A stretch of DNA of 64,000 bases from Eledone cirrhosa (Eukaryota). The translations under genes were made by a program, and so were the position numbers. Location of the stretch: the NCBI GenBank assembly GCA_964016885.1, contig OZ024743.1, positions 85,498,001 through 85,562,000 on the forward strand. The letters are read 5' to 3'. Positions within the stretch are counted from its first letter, which is position 1. Every line of letters begins with the position of its first letter. Below the pieces are notes generated by a model. That model saw only the letters and a program-made list of their open reading frames with translations, was not told the origin of the DNA and did no database searches. This document shows, in pieces, positions 1 through 13,762 of the stretch.

Positions 1-2300
1 ACGTTTGGATCTGATTTGATGACATGGCCAGCCTTGAGTAAACATGGTGTAGGAAAATGCAACCAAAATGGTGATTCACTCCTTACTTTTTGCACTGAAC
101 ATCAGCTTGTGATAGCAAGTCCTTTCTTTCAACAAAAAAATAAATATAAAACAACCTGGATGCATTCAAGGTCTAAGCAATGGCATCTTATTGACTGTTT
201 TGGTATGCAAATCAGATTTGAAAGATGTCCACAGTATCTGAACTATGAGAGGAGCAGATTGCTGGACAGGCCATAGGCTAGTGAGAGGGAAGTGTAATTT
301 TTCAATCCATTCCAAAATTAGAAAGGAAGGCTTTAGCGTATCAAATGGAACATAGTGAACTTTAATTCCCCAACTTTATTGCAAAATTTTCATGATGCAA
401 TAAGAGGTGTCTCACTTGAACAAGAAAATCCATGGCAGAATTTCAAATTAAAAATCTATAATGCAGCATCTTCTATTTTGGGCTACACATCTAAGAGAAT
501 AGCAGATTGGTTTATTGACAATGACTTGGAAATTAATAATCTTCTTAAGGAAAAGCAACAACTAAGCAAAGCAAATTCTAACCAAGACATGAGATATAAA
601 TCAATTGAATTAAAAATTCAATATAGTCTCTGAAAAATGAAAGATAAGTAGTGGCACTTCAAGGAAAAGATGCAGAAGCTGGTATAGACCGTGAAGATAC
701 AAAAGCCTTCTTCTCTTATGTAAAAGAGTTTTAGGTCTTAGATCAATGTTTATAGTCCCAGTGAGATCTGTTGATGGCCAACATCTCTTTACTGTAATTA
801 CAGCCATACAAAAGTGACGGGTACAGCACTATTCTGATCTTCTCGATGGATGAACAAATGTAAATATGAGAATAATTGAGGAAATGTTTGACCTACCTGT
901 TGACAAAAAATATCTGTTGAGCCAATACAAGTTTATATTACAGCAACTGTAAAATAGCTGAATAACAATAAAGCCCCAGGTATTGATGGTATTAGTTCAG
1001 AAATGTTGATGTCTGGTGGGGAAAGGATGACTGAATTACTTTACTCCTTACTTGTATTGGAGAAAAGAGGAGGTGCTTCAAAACTGGGTTGATGCTATTC
1101 TCATTTCCTTACATAAATCTGGTCCCAATGACTTATGTGGAATATCTTAACTGTCAGTTATTGGAAAGGTGCTCTCTCATGTTCTCTTAGAGTGCCTTGA
1201 TAAATTTATTGTCTTGGGGGCAGTTTTAGAGTCAGAGTGTGACTTTCTCACCTCTCAAGGGACAGTTGGCATGATCTTTACTATCTGGTAGCTACAAAAG
1301 AAATGCAACGAATAAAAAATGGGCTTATACTATTGTTCTGTGGATCTTAGCAAAGCTTTTGACACATAAATGTTATATGGCTAGTGCTGAAGAAATTTGG
1401 CTGCCCTGAACAGTTTGTGAACATAACCAAAGCTCTCCATAAGGATATGAAGGTCCAGGTTTGGAACCCTATCGGAACCATTTCTTGTTGGAAATGGAGT
1501 TAAGCCAAGATGAACTCAAGGCACCAACACTTTTCTCCATATATTTTGCCATTGTGCTATCAAATACATTTCCAATTTCAACAAATGGCATCTATATATG
1601 ATACCACACTTTAGGTAATGTGTTTAATCTGACAAGAATGAGCTTCAAATCCAAAGTCTTTTCTTCTCTGATACATGATATTTTATATGCAGATGACTGT
1701 GACCTGATAAGTCACACTGAGCAAGGCGTACGGAACTTAATTAGTGCATTTGATTCTTCATGAAACATCTTACAATAAATTTGAAAAAAACTGTTGTAAT
1801 ACATCAACCTGCCCCCGGAGAACAAAGTGATGCACCTCAGATACTGGTTAAGAGTACAGTGCTTAAAGTTGTAAATTTCTTTGAATACCTGAGGAGCCTG
1901 GTATATGTTGATGGAAAATCACTTCTCACATTCAAAGGGCAGCAAAAGCTTTTGGCAGCCTAGAACCTAAATTCTGGTCAAAGTGCCATATCAAGGGTGA
2001 TACTAAGATCATAGTATGTCTCATCTATTATTTATGCTGGGAAAGAGAAAAAGTAGTAAGCCCAAGAAAAAATACAAAGATTCTTTAAAAGCAAATTTGA
2101 AATGTCTTAGATTTTGTTACAAAAGTCTTGAATCACTGACAGCAAACAGGGAAGCATGGTGAGCTACGATTTGGAGTGGTATGTCAACCTCAAGATTTTG
2201 AAGTTGACATAATAAAGCATACTGAAACAGAAAGAAAAGTTTGTAAAATTTAGATTAATAGCAATAGCTAGGAAAGAGCAGTTATAGGTACAAGAAGAGT
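1..2300 (+). mobile_element. Degenerate RTE-clade (BovB-like) LINE, endonuclease to C-terminus, many stops and frameshifts
   Basis: APE motifs GVGKCNQNG..LLTFC..HQLVI..FFQ..KYKTTWMH.RSKQWHLID (16-276); DWF..ND (355-633); NNKAPGIDG near 961; LYADDC at ~1683-1700; INLKKTVV..QP near 1775. Right boundary approximate. Confidence 0.85.
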
Positions 2301-2349
2301 TTAAGCTCTGCAATATGTGTGTACAGATAGATAGATACATGTATACATA

Positions 2350-2752
2350 ATCATCGTTTAACGTCAATTGTCCACATTAGCATGGATAGGACGGCAGTCC
2401 CTTTGTGACAGATCAGGTTGGAGGACCCTTTCTCGCTCAAACAGAAATGATTTGGGCTTGGTTTCTACAGCTGGATACCCTTCCTAATGCCAACCACATT
2501 TACAGTGTGGGCTTGGTGCTTTTTGTCATGTCACCTACATGACCACACTGTAGTGTGAGCTGGATACTTTTTGTCGTGACACCCACACAACTACTTTACA
2601 GTGTGGACTGGGCGTTTTTTGTCGTGACACCTACACGACCACTTTAGAGTGTGGACTGGGTGCTTTTGTCATGACTCCAGCTGAAGCATATGGGGATCTT
2701 CTGTAATACTGCATAACACCAGAGATCACGGTCCTGTGTCATCGCCTTAGCG
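2350..2752 (-). mobile_element. 3' UTR fragment of the RTE-PHD LINE family, with ~48-bp internal tandem units
   Basis: tcatcgtttaacgtc tail and ggtttctacagctggat.cccttcctaa..ccaaccac block shared with the fuller copies at 26-59 kb; 3-4 units of tacagtgtgg..ttttgtcgtgacacc at 2501-2675. Confidence 0.75.
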
Positions 2753-2778
2753 ATATATATATATAGGTTTGATGCCGG

Positions 2779-3476
2779 GTGCTGGACAGTGGAATGAAAA
2801 TCAGTACTGTGAACACTGAGAAACCCATCCTCTCAAGGAACCCAGTGCAATTCACACTACATCTGAGTGGAGTTCCACTGAAACAGGTCGAGAAGTTCAA
2901 ATATCATGGAGCTGTGTTCATGAGTGATGGAAGGCAGGAGGCTGAATTAAGTACAAAAATTGCCGGAGCTGCTGCAGAAATGTGCCAGCTTCAGCATTAG
3001 GTCATCAGACGAAGGGAAGTAGGTGTAAAAGCCAAACTCGCCATCTTTAATTCAATATTCATTCCAACCCTTGCCTATGGTCATACATTTTGTGTATTGA
3101 CCAAAAGAATACTATTTTGAATACAAGTGGCTGAAATGGGATTCCTCCAAAGGGTCTTTGGAGTAACATTACTTGATAGAGTACATAGCTCAGAAATCAG
3201 AGAGTCACTCCAAATAGAGCTATTTTTTTGAATTGAAAGATTACAGCTCCAATACTACTGGTATGTGATTAGAATATCTCAGAAAGAATCACTGGTCAGA
3301 TTTTACAGGCAAAACCAACCAGTAGTAAACCCAGGGGTAGACCACAAGCAAGATGGTTGGATAACATCTATGAACTCAGCTGGGAATCCAGCAGGATCAA
3401 TTAGTGATGGTTGCTTCTGATAGGACCTGCTGGAAGGAGTCCTTGAAAACCATGACCCTCCCAAGAAGAAGAAGAT
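2779..3476 (+). mobile_element. 5'-truncated RTE LINE of a different subfamily (RT thumb to 3' end)
   Basis: LKQVEKFKYHGAVFMSDGRQEAELSTKIAGAAA; downstream PTLAYGH and RGRPQARW-like remnants; (AAG)n tail at ~3463-3475. Confidence 0.75.
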
Positions 3477-3780
3477 AGTGGTGGTGGTGATGATAATTAT
3501 GCACACACACACACACACACACACATTTATAACAAATAGAAAAAGAAAGGGCAGTGACAGAATTTAAAATGTGAGAAAAAGAGAGAGAGAGTAAAATATT
3601 GCAGTAGTCAACTGTATTACACTCCTCCTTCCTCTCTGCAGTATGGTGAAGAAATATTCAAGGAAAATAACATAGAAAGATGTAACGTCTCCTGTAGTAC
3701 ATCATGGTAATTGAGTGGTGTGTGTGTGTACATGTATATATATATATATATACATACATACATACAGGCACGCACGCACG

Positions 3781-3814
<34 letters not shown>

Positions 3815-4142
3815 AATAATAATAATACTATTTATAGTTATGTATATAGTATAAACAACTATAAACAGGAAAAGTCAGTAATTTCCTACTACCTTATTAC
3901 CAGTAAGAGAAATAGCTCAATGCAAGAACATCAGTTGTTTTACAGAGCAGGAAAATAAAAAAAATATCTGTTGCATGTATTCCACTCTGTGCTTTTAATT
4001 TGAATTATTGTACAATTCTCGTTTAATATATGTCGCATCCAGTACACCCTGTAATTACGAAACTGTTGCTCATAACATCAATATATGTATCTATATGATT
4101 GTTCAGTTGAATAGGAGGTTAGTTATATGTACAAACATTGAT

Positions 4143-4194
4143 AATGCTCCGATGATTCCAAACGAAAGTTTGGAAGAAACGATTGTTAGTTATT
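4143..4194 (+). ncRNA. Degenerate type I hammerhead ribozyme (Penelope-type)
   Basis: gct-CCGATGA-ttccaaac gaaa gtttggaa (perfect 8-bp helix II)-GAAA-cgattg-TT-agt; the core carries U>C (CCGA) and helix I is weak. Confidence 0.5.
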
Positions 4195-4417
4195 AAATGA
4201 TTTGAACACAACTTTGATAATTGTCTAATTTATATATATCAATATATTATATATTTAAAACATATTTGTAATGTTATTTATACAATTGTGAATAAAAGTA
4301 TCAAATATATATATGTGTGTGTATGTAATTGAGAAGAGTTTCCAAAGAGTATCGAAAAGAAACCACAGATAATTACACATTTCAAACGAATGAAACAGTT
4401 CTAGTCGTGTAGAAGCC

Positions 4418-4492
<75 letters not shown>

Positions 4493-4539
4493 TTTATTTA
4501 TTTATTTGCCATAGGAATATCGGAGGAAGGAACTTTAAT

Positions 4540-4690
4540 GGTTTCTAATTTAGGCACGAAGGCCAGCAAATTTGATAGATGAGGAAAATCTATTTAAATC
4601 GACATTAGTATTCGATTAGTATTTAATTTATGATAATAACAATAATGGCGATAAAAAAATTGATTTCTGATCGAAGTTGAAGGTCAGACA
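4540..4690 (-). repeat. Fragment of an abundant SINE family (further fragments at ~13436-13600, ~17485-17580, ~18025-18060, ~18570-18716, ~23750-23850, ~24195-24250, ~25058-25180)
   Basis: Recurrent ggcacaaggccagcaa..gtcgatt..atcgac..actggtacttatttt..aggcaaagt..acct..ggatttgaactcag; the end is the reverse complement of a GTTCAAAT B-box. Confidence 0.6.
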
Positions 4691-4784
4691 TTTTGTGAAG
4701 AAGAATTGAGATTGTGTGACATTCATGCTTTTCTTGAAGGTTGAATAAATAATAGTTTATTTTTTAGTAAGACAACGTGCTTCG

Positions 4785-5180
4785 TGTGAGTCTGTGTCCG
4801 TGTGTGTGGGTCTATGTATATATGTTTGTGTGTTTGGGTCTGTGCCTCTGTATCTGTGTATGTCAATTTGAGCTTGTATGTGGGGATATATGTGCCTGTC
4901 CCTGACTATGTGCTCGTGTGTGTGTATCCGTGTATGTGGGTTTATATGCCTGTGTGTGTGTGTATTTTAGGCTCGAATGTATGGGTTTATGTGTGTGTAT
5001 TCGTATGTGTCTGTGTATTTGCGCTCGTATATGTGGGTCTATGTGCCTATGTATCCGTGTATTTGTGTTCGTATGTGTGGGTCTATGTACCTGTGTATCC
5101 GTGGATGTGTGCGGGTCTATCTGTCTCTGTATGTGTACGTCTGTATGTATGTGTCTTCGCGTGTGTGTGAGCGTGCGCCT
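4785..5180. repeat. Degenerate (TG)n/(TGTA)n low-complexity tract
   Basis: Directly visible. Confidence 0.85.
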
Positions 5181-7070
5181 GCATATATTTTAAAGACGAT
5201 ATATGATATAAGTACTTTTATCTGTTCTAAGCCTCTGTTATCCAAACTATAACATCAATTACAACAACAATAATGACTTATAATCAAGTTCTCTTGCGTG
5301 ACACCACAATCGAGAAAGACATAAAAGCCGCTGGCCCTCATTTACCGTTACATAAAACCTAACTAAAGCCGAAAGAAACCATTTATTATAATAATTAATA
5401 TTTTGAAAGAGAACTACACGAACGAAAGCCATAGCCGTTTTTATTTTTGACAGATGATCATCACAAGAGGCGGGAAATTATATATATATATATTTACAGA
5501 TATATATATATATATATATATTATATATCGACAGATGCGTGTAAATGTATATATGCAAATCTGTAAATGTATATATGCATATCTATATATATACACAAAT
5601 GTGTCACTACTATCGATGTTATTTCGTGTTCTTTACAATATATATATATATTTCTAATAAAAATAGGCATTAAAATTAAACTATGGATGGACTTTACTTT
5701 GGAATGTGAGAAAACCAGTATTTAAAATCTATACAACCACATATACACATCGCTAACAGTCACAATTCTCTTTTTGCTTTAAGGCAATTGTACCGCTTTA
5801 TGTGTGTATATATATATATATATAAATCTAAATTATATACACACACACACATTATATATATCTATATATATACACACACACATTATATATATATATATAT
5901 ATATACATAGACACACACATTATTTATATATATATGTGTGTGTGTGTTTACATATATTACTCACTGCTATACCGCCAGTAAGCAGACAATAGTTATTTCA
6001 GTGATCATCACTCGCACCTTAAAACAAATTGAGCGGAATTTTACTTCGTTTACCTTATTTGGTTCGGAAGAGACTTGAAAAAAAAACATGAAAGAAATAT
6101 ACATAACAGTCTGTTAATATATTACAACTGTTCTGGCGTGGCCAGAGTAGGATGTGTCACGGTTTCGCATCCCATTCTTGGTCATAAAACATTTATGGTG
6201 ATAATGTCTTTCAGAAAGGCATGAAAACCGCACAATCCCCGTTTCTCAGAGGAGCTTTTTTACGACCCGAAAGAATATTTAAAAAGATCACAAAAAATAA
6301 AATTCTAATTAAGAATGGTAGTGCCCTAACATGGCGTCAGCTTTTCTGTGAACAGTTTTGTTTTCTTTCCCGTCATTAATTACACCAGGGGAAGGGCATA
6401 GAAGTCACTACATCGGTCTGTATAGCCTCAAATCACAATATGCATATATATATATATGGGGGGGGGGGGTTAAATAGATCTAGCTGTCGAAACGAACAGA
6501 GCTCAGTCGTCGGGGTCCTGACTGTTCCCATAGATAGATGGATTGATATAGATAGCTAAATAATTATAGGTTTACAAGGTGGTGGTGATGGTGTGAGCTG
6601 TGTCGACAGAAGTAGATCGATGACATCAACCCACCCTACTACCTTAAACTGCAAGACGAAAGCAAGCAAGATGAAGAAGTGAGTGCGCGGTTTTGGAAAG
6701 AAAGAAAGACAAAAACGAAAGTGACACACAACATGGCGCCTCTTGCGGTTTGGTTCACCCAATATATTAGCCAGTGAGAATATACAGGATATTACACTGA
6801 TTACTGTAGTAGATTATAAACCAACATATACTGTATATATATTAAATAGATAGTTCACTAAATATCAGTATAATATATGTATATGAATATGTGTGTATAT
6901 AATGTATTTGTATGTGTGTGTGTGTATATATATATATATCAGATAAGGTGTGGTAAAAAACCAGCTAGACCATAACCCACCAGAGTACTCGATACTTGGG
7001 GTAGTAGAGTGGGTAATATGAAAAGATTCAGCCGTCAGGGTCCTGAATTTTTTCATATATATATATATAT

Positions 7071-7144
7071 ACAATATATTAATAAATGGAAACTATATTT
7101 ATAAAACCTTTATAAATATAGTTTCCATTTTTTAATATATTGTG
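7071..7144. repeat. Palindrome made from the end of the small element family seen at 46150-46335
   Basis: acaatatattaataaatggaaactatatttataaa / tttataaatatagtttccatttttttaatatattgt; the right arm matches 46302-46335. Confidence 0.7.
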
Positions 7145-7229
7145 TATTTACTCCACTAATTGTTGAGTGCTTTATATCAGTTATAAAATGTTTAAGCTTG
7201 TTGAATCCCAACAAATTAAATATAACCTC

Positions 7230-7265
<36 letters not shown>

Positions 7266-7324
7266 GAGATAGAGAGAGAGAGAGAACACTGGAAGGTAAT
7301 ATCCGTAATAGTAGAGCACTCAGT

Positions 7325-7402
7325 CCATGGGACGAGTTAGGTAGAAGTGGTAACACAACAGTTAGGGACGAGTTAGGTAGAAGTGGTAACACAACAGTTA
7401 GT
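7325..7402. repeat. Exact 39-bp tandem duplication
   Basis: gggacgagttaggtagaagtggtaacacaacagtta twice in tandem (period approximate). Confidence 0.75.
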
Positions 7403-7543
7403 TCACCATACCGAGAACATATATACGTATCATACATGAATATATATGTATACATACATAGATATACATATATATACATATAATTTATATGTATACATAC
7501 ATAGATATATATACACACACACACACACACATATGTATATATA

Positions 7544-7576
<33 letters not shown>

Positions 7577-8187
7577 GTATGTATACATATAAATTCATGT
7601 ATGATACATACATATATATATATCGACCCATCCTCTAATCATTTAACTACGATATCCATTGAATAAGTAGCGTGGTGTATGTATATATATATATATATAG
7701 ATGAGAGGTATAGAGATTGTTTTAGCGAGAAGCTAACAGCATTCTATAACATATATATATATATATAAGTGTGTGTGTATGTATGCATATATGTTTGCGT
7801 GTTTGTATATTTCTAACACATTTCATTTATTTACAGGCATTCATAACTATACACACAATTTATAAACAGGTGCTTATATATTTTATGAATGAAATGGTAG
7901 AGCAGTATGGTTTCATAATATATATAATAAACACGAAGATAATATGTGGCTTTCATGCTGCGTCTAAACAGCAACAAAGGAAGGAGCCTCTCCCTGATCG
8001 CTCTGCCTGTTAGAGCAGCTAAATCACTTTTACATCACACCCTACCGTCTCAAAAAACAGAGAGGACGAATCATGTCTAACCTAGGGTTAAACAACAACA
8101 AAAGTAATCAGAATCTGAGGCATTAGATCGATTCCTGTCGTCATCATCATTACCATTACCATCATCATCGTTACTACTACTATACTA

Positions 8188-8223
<36 letters not shown>

Positions 8224-8996
8224 AATCATCATCATTGTAGTCATGAAATATAACTATAGCGATATGTTTAGATAGATATAATGCTGGAGCGTGGGGAAAG
8301 GAATGGGATGTTGTAAGTTTCATTCGCTTTCCACTGCTGTTTACGATATCCCATTCACAACTTCCCATATACTAGCAATGATACCTGGCGCTGCCCAGAT
8401 GCCAAATATGTAGGAAAATCGTTTAACATACTGATAGTTTTAACAGTCAAAGTAGCAAGCACAAGCATAGTATTGGTAACAGACACATGCTCTCAGTTAT
8501 TGATATATATATATATATATATAACAAATTCGAATGATATCTCTTCTATATTTCAATCTGACATAAACCCATTGAGCTTAAATATATTTATTGATTGGCA
8601 ACTTTAATTCTCTAGTTAAATCTATGTATATATATTTTCATATGTATGTATATATGTATATACATATTGTGTGTGTGTTCCAATAAGTGTTGTAGTTGAT
8701 TCAATCAACGAAACAGTCTGCTTGTGAAATTAATGTGCATGATACTAGAGTTAGAAGAAAAATATGTTGTAATTGTATTATATACAGAAGAGATTGTATT
8801 ACATATACATCTTGTGTTTATATATATGTATATACATATATATATATATGTATATATATATATGTATATATATATGTATAGGTCTAACCCATGCTAGCGT
8901 GGAAGATGGACGTTAAACGAAGATGATGATGATACACACACACGTTTATGTATTTGTTCTGCAAGATTCTTGATGTGAAATCATGTGTTGAAACCG

Positions 8997-9222
8997 ATAT
9001 TGTTATAATTGTGGATGGTCATGTTGCCAATATTGGCAATTGAAAGAAAAAGAGGAGGCATAAAACACATAATCATTAAGGAGGTCACAGAATGTGCGAC
9101 GAAAGAACTTTGATAAACAAATAAATAACAAACAATAAAGATAAAGTGAAGATTATATGGTGCGTGTTTCTTTCTATTGGCAATATTGGCTACATGACCA
9201 TCCCCAAATATAACTATATATA
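8997..9222. repeat. Imperfect inverted repeat (~75-bp arms)
   Basis: atattgttataattgtggatggtcatgttgccaatattggcaattgaaagaaa ... tttctttctattggcaatattggctacatgaccatccccaaatataactatat. Confidence 0.7.
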
Positions 9223-9674
9223 TATATACACATATATATATTATTCAGTTGATGAAAGTTGGTTGATCAGATAATTTACCGACTTTATCGTAAACAGATG
9301 TAAAGTACTCAACAATTTGTATTCTTTAGGATTTCTCTATAAGGTATCAATTGGGTGTTTCTGGCTGGTTTTCTACAGCTGGATGCCCTTCCTAACGCCA
9401 ACCACATTGACAGTGTGTGTTAGATGCTTTTTACTGTGTCTTTTACACATCAACTTTACAGAATGAGCACTCAATATCAAAGTAGAAGTGAATAATATTC
9501 TCTATTATGGCTAAGTAATGAGTCTTGTTACTCTGAACTTTTACTTATGAACTCACAGGATCAGTCTGATGATACTGTGAATATACAAGTGAAACTTCAG
9601 AACAACAAGCCATAATGAAGAATATATATACATATGTAATGGAATATTATAAATTGTTATACATATATAAGTAC

Positions 9675-9960
9675 ATCATCATTCTTTTGTCTGCTTTTCC
9701 ATGCTTGCATGGATTGGGTAGTTCTTTCTTAGCATGGCATCTCTCCACTTGTCGCGTTTCTTCGTCATTTCCTCAGTCAGTCTTAGCGATTTGAAGTCCA
9801 CTCTCACAACCTCTGTCCAGGTCTGTCTTGGTTATCCTCTATTGCGGCTTCCTTCCACTGGGATTTCCTGGCATTTCTTCACCCATCAGTCATTGTCCAT
9901 ACCAATGCTGTCTTCTCTCCTGCACACCATCTTGGATTACCCTTAAGCCCAGCTTCTCTT
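9675..9960 (-). mobile_element. Old RTE LINE 3' fragment
   Basis: Minus-strand GSRNRG*PRQTWTEVVRVDFKSLRLTEEMTKKRDKWRDAM, then the gcatggaaaagcagac..gatgatg tail. Confidence 0.7.
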
Positions 9961-10207
9961 TCAGCTCGTCCAAACCACACACACACATACATGTATATAT
10001 ACATACATCATCATCATCATTTAACATCTATTTTCTTATGCTTGCATAGGTTAGACAGGTTGTCATGTTATGAGACAAGTCAGTTCAGGTAACCCACATC
10101 TTGCTCATACAGATTTATATATATAGATGAGAGAGAGGTATGTGTCATCATCATCATCATCTTCGTTTAACGTCCATTTTCCACGCTAGCATGGGTTAGA
10201 CGGTGTG

Positions 10208-10253
<46 letters not shown>

Positions 10254-10956
10254 AAATTGTTCAAGACCCCGACGACAGAGCTCAAGCCGTTTCGACGACT
10301 ATTTCTATTACCACACTTCCTTCGTTATATATATATAGAGAGAGAGAGATTGGTAGTTATCAGTTTAGACTAGTAAGATCATTGTATGGTTAAGTACTCA
10401 ATACTTGGGAAAGTAGAGTTTAGGTATTATAATAGACTCAGTGCCTGACTGCTGAGCTCCTACCATTACAAAATGGTAAGAGCTCAGCCATTGGGCACTA
10501 ATTCTTCACAGTATATATAAAATCTTTTAATGATTTCAGTCACTAGAAACAACCTACATGTAAGCTGCCTATCACTGTCTCTTTTCCTGTTATTATCATT
10601 CTATTTCAACCATTATTTAATTTTCTTCCTGTTTATTATAATAAATAGTTGTGTAAATATAATGTTCTTTCAGTTTAGCTATTGATATGAGAGAGAGAGA
10701 GACTTTTATTTAGAGATGGAATTTAAGGAGTGGCAAAATAGAGATTCTTTACTTATGCATTTTTTTAAGGTCAATAAGTTCCCAGGAAGGTGTGTTGAAT
10801 AAGTAAGGTAGGTTGGTTAGTGATGTAATTTTTTATTGAGAAGGATGTGTAGTGTTTAGACATGGTGTTGCATTAAGGTGTCTGAAAATGAAGGGAGCGG
10901 AATGATGATTAGTCGTGGCTTCATAGAGTTTATATGTATGTATGTATGTGTGTTAT

Positions 10957-11500
10957 GTCAAGTCGCTCTCCAACACTAATGGTAACATGTAACCCAGTAC
11001 AACCTGTGCAAGGATGAGTCGTCGGTGACTAAACCAGAAACCCCACCAAGCTTGCTTGGTGAGGAGGGTCATTTTTGACACCCTGCAGGATGAAAAACAA
11101 GACCAGTCAAAGAGTGGAGGAAATCAGGAGAGCCAACAGCCACTAAATAATTTTTTTTTGTGTGTAGCGAGAGACTCCTAGTCTTCATTAAGACATCTCT
11201 CTAGGAGGAGGTCACTCTGATATAAATCCTGTCACTTTGTTTGTATCCAATAATGTAGACCAGTCCCTCTTTTTGGGCAAATGTATTCGATGTTCAGAGA
11301 GTGGGATTGGCCTCCTTGCAAAGCCTTTCCTCACTTGAAAAAACTTCAAGTACAGGCATCACTTGATATGTGACACTTTTTGCAATGCATGGCATTGCTG
11401 GCCATAGGCAAGCCCCTAGCAGGACTAAAATGCCACATCTGTGAGGTTCATGCTTAAGTATCAAGTGATGGATTTACTCAAAATTGAGTTGCAGCCATCA
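10957..11500 (+). mobile_element. Old copy of a non-autonomous RTE-derived element (5' UTR joined to 3' end)
   Basis: gacaccctgcaggatgaaaaacaagaccagtcaaag, ctaggaggaggtcactctgatataa and the 3' end ctcaaaattgagttgcagccatc match the copies at 50092-50588 and 25571-25762. Confidence 0.6.
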
Positions 11501-12369
11501 TGTATGTGCAGAATCAAGGAGGAAAAACAACACAGGAGAAGATATAGTAGAATGGAGATATGTTTGTTTTACACTTGAAGTAGTAGGAAAAGTGTCTTAA
11601 TGTTTCAGATGTTAGTCTTTCATTAAGTGATTGAATATAAGATAGAGGAAGAAAACTTTTTACAAAATACATGACAGCTGCAGTTTGATAGTGTCTTCCT
11701 CATTAGGTGGCTGTCGCGGTCTGATTACGTATGCCGAGTTCGAGAGGATGGGTGGTTTGCATTTGATTTGCCAAATTTAGAGGATGAGTACAGTTTGGTT
11801 TGGCAGGAGTGATGGGTACAAGTTGGTGTTCAGTTTAGGGTGTTTACTGAGTGGCTGTAGACTGATTGGATCAATAACGGTCTTATTTACACACATATTG
11901 TCATCAACCTTATCACCATTTAACATGTGTTTTTCTCTGCTAACAAGGGTTGGATGGGTTGTTATTGGCTAAGTTAGTTAATCAATGCTACTAACCTTAT
12001 CTGACTTTATGCTGCAAGCAACAAAACCTTATTTGCTAAGGTCAAGAGTTGCATTCTTTTTCGGATCATCCACATATAGGCAGTGCCACACTTAGGACAA
12101 ATGAGGCTTTGTGCTAGTTAAATTATGAGGCCCTTTACTCGTAAAAATTTTTGTTGGCAGAAAGCTGAGCACCTCCTGACCAACGGGGCACACCTAAGCA
12201 CAATAGTATATTTGACAATGCAGGCAGGGTTTGCACAGCTCCTGTAAAGAAGGTTAATGTGGTAAATGTTTCTTCTCTAGAGGTCATTGCATACTTCTGA
12301 CAGCAACTTGGCACTGTCCTTCTTGACTTTGAGACCCTTGTCTGTAGGAGACTGTAGTAGCTGTGTTAC

Positions 12370-13220
12370 AGATGTCCTGGTATTTAACAATCACAAACAC
12401 CGAGATTGGTTCAACGAGAACTATACAGCTGTATTGTAACTGCTTGATCAACACCTACATCATCATCATCATCACCGTTTTACGTCCGTTCTTCCACGCT
12501 AGCATGGGTTAGACGGGTTGTCCTGTTGTAAGCAGTGTCTGGTCGGCTGACCATGCTTTGCTCATACAGGAACTGATTTGGCTTGATTTCTACAGCTGGA
12601 TGCTTTTTCGTGATGCCTACACGTCCACTTTACAGTGTGGGCTGGGTGCTTTTTTGCCGTGGCACCCCCACGACCACCTTGCGGTGGGGGGTGTGGGGGC
12701 ATATTGTCTATATCACGTCAACTATATCAATGACAAAATCACAATTTTGATGAAAGTCATACTTGCCATTACATCAAGCAAGCACCACAGAATGATGGAT
12801 CAATGGTGGATTAACAGAGTACCAAACCTTTTGGCTGCAGTTGACAGGAAGGAATGACATGAAGGTGTTCTATAACAGCTTTAGAGTGGTCTATGGCCCA
12901 ACATCCAAGGAAAAAAACACACCTGTATATTGTCAATGCACTTATCAAGACCTTATTACTAATATAGAGGTGCTGAAGAGAAGTAAACAGAGACTACTGA
13001 CTGACACCATCACTGAAAGGCACCTGAAACTGGCAGGACATATTCTGTGCATGTCAGAGTACTGGAACCCCTCTGTGGCAAGTGGAAAAAAGGAGACCCA
13101 AGATCTCCAGAGGATTGGACTGGACTGGGAAACTATGCAAGATACCACAGCTGATTGTGTAAATTAGAGAAGACTCATTGCCCAATATGCCCCAGGGCAT
13201 AGGAGGACCTAAGACCTAAG
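12370..13220 (+). mobile_element. Old RTE remnants interrupted by an RTE-PHD 3'-end fragment (12458-12712, -)
   Basis: HRDWFNEN, QWWINRV..DMKVFYNSFRVVYGP, RHLKLAGHILCM; cctaagacctaag tail at ~13208-13220; the insert matches the 3' UTR at 32880-33180. Confidence 0.65.
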
Positions 13221-13762
13221 ATATTGCCAGTGATGACCAGATCAGTAACACCAACTAAGTACTGATGTGGTTGGTAATGACCTGTCCAAACCTTGCTAAC
13301 AGGGAAAAATGGATGTAAATTGATAATTACACACACACATATCTATATTGATATACATGTGTATATCAATATAGATATGTGTGTGTGTAATTATTCAAAA
13401 GATCCCGTTATACATGTGTATATATATATATTATTTTCTGATTTCAGCACAAGCCCAACAATTTTGGGGGAGGGGAAGTTGATTAAATTGATCCCAGTGC
13501 ATTACTTTTTTGACACCATGAGGATGAGAAGCAAAGCTAACCATGTCAGGATTTGAACTATAAGCCATAAAGCATGTTGTCTGACCCTCTACCGAAACTG
13601 CCAATCCACATCATCATTTAACATTCACTTTCCTTGCTAGGAAGAGTTGAACAAAAAATATCTTCCGCCCAGTTTGGGACACAAACTCACATTTGTATTA
13701 TCAGCATATATATTCTTTTACTCTTTTACCTGTTCCAGCCATCTTGCTGGGGCACCGATATA

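Noticed and set aside
3642-3706. Possible 65-bp exon (ctctctgcag|...|gtaatt; YGEEIFKENNIERCNVSCSTS)
   Set aside because: Splice-like signals only; no recognisable homology or partner exon
9562-9604. CTGATGA..GAAAC hammerhead-like motif
   Set aside because: No NUH cleavage triplet or clear helix I; at best a dead relic
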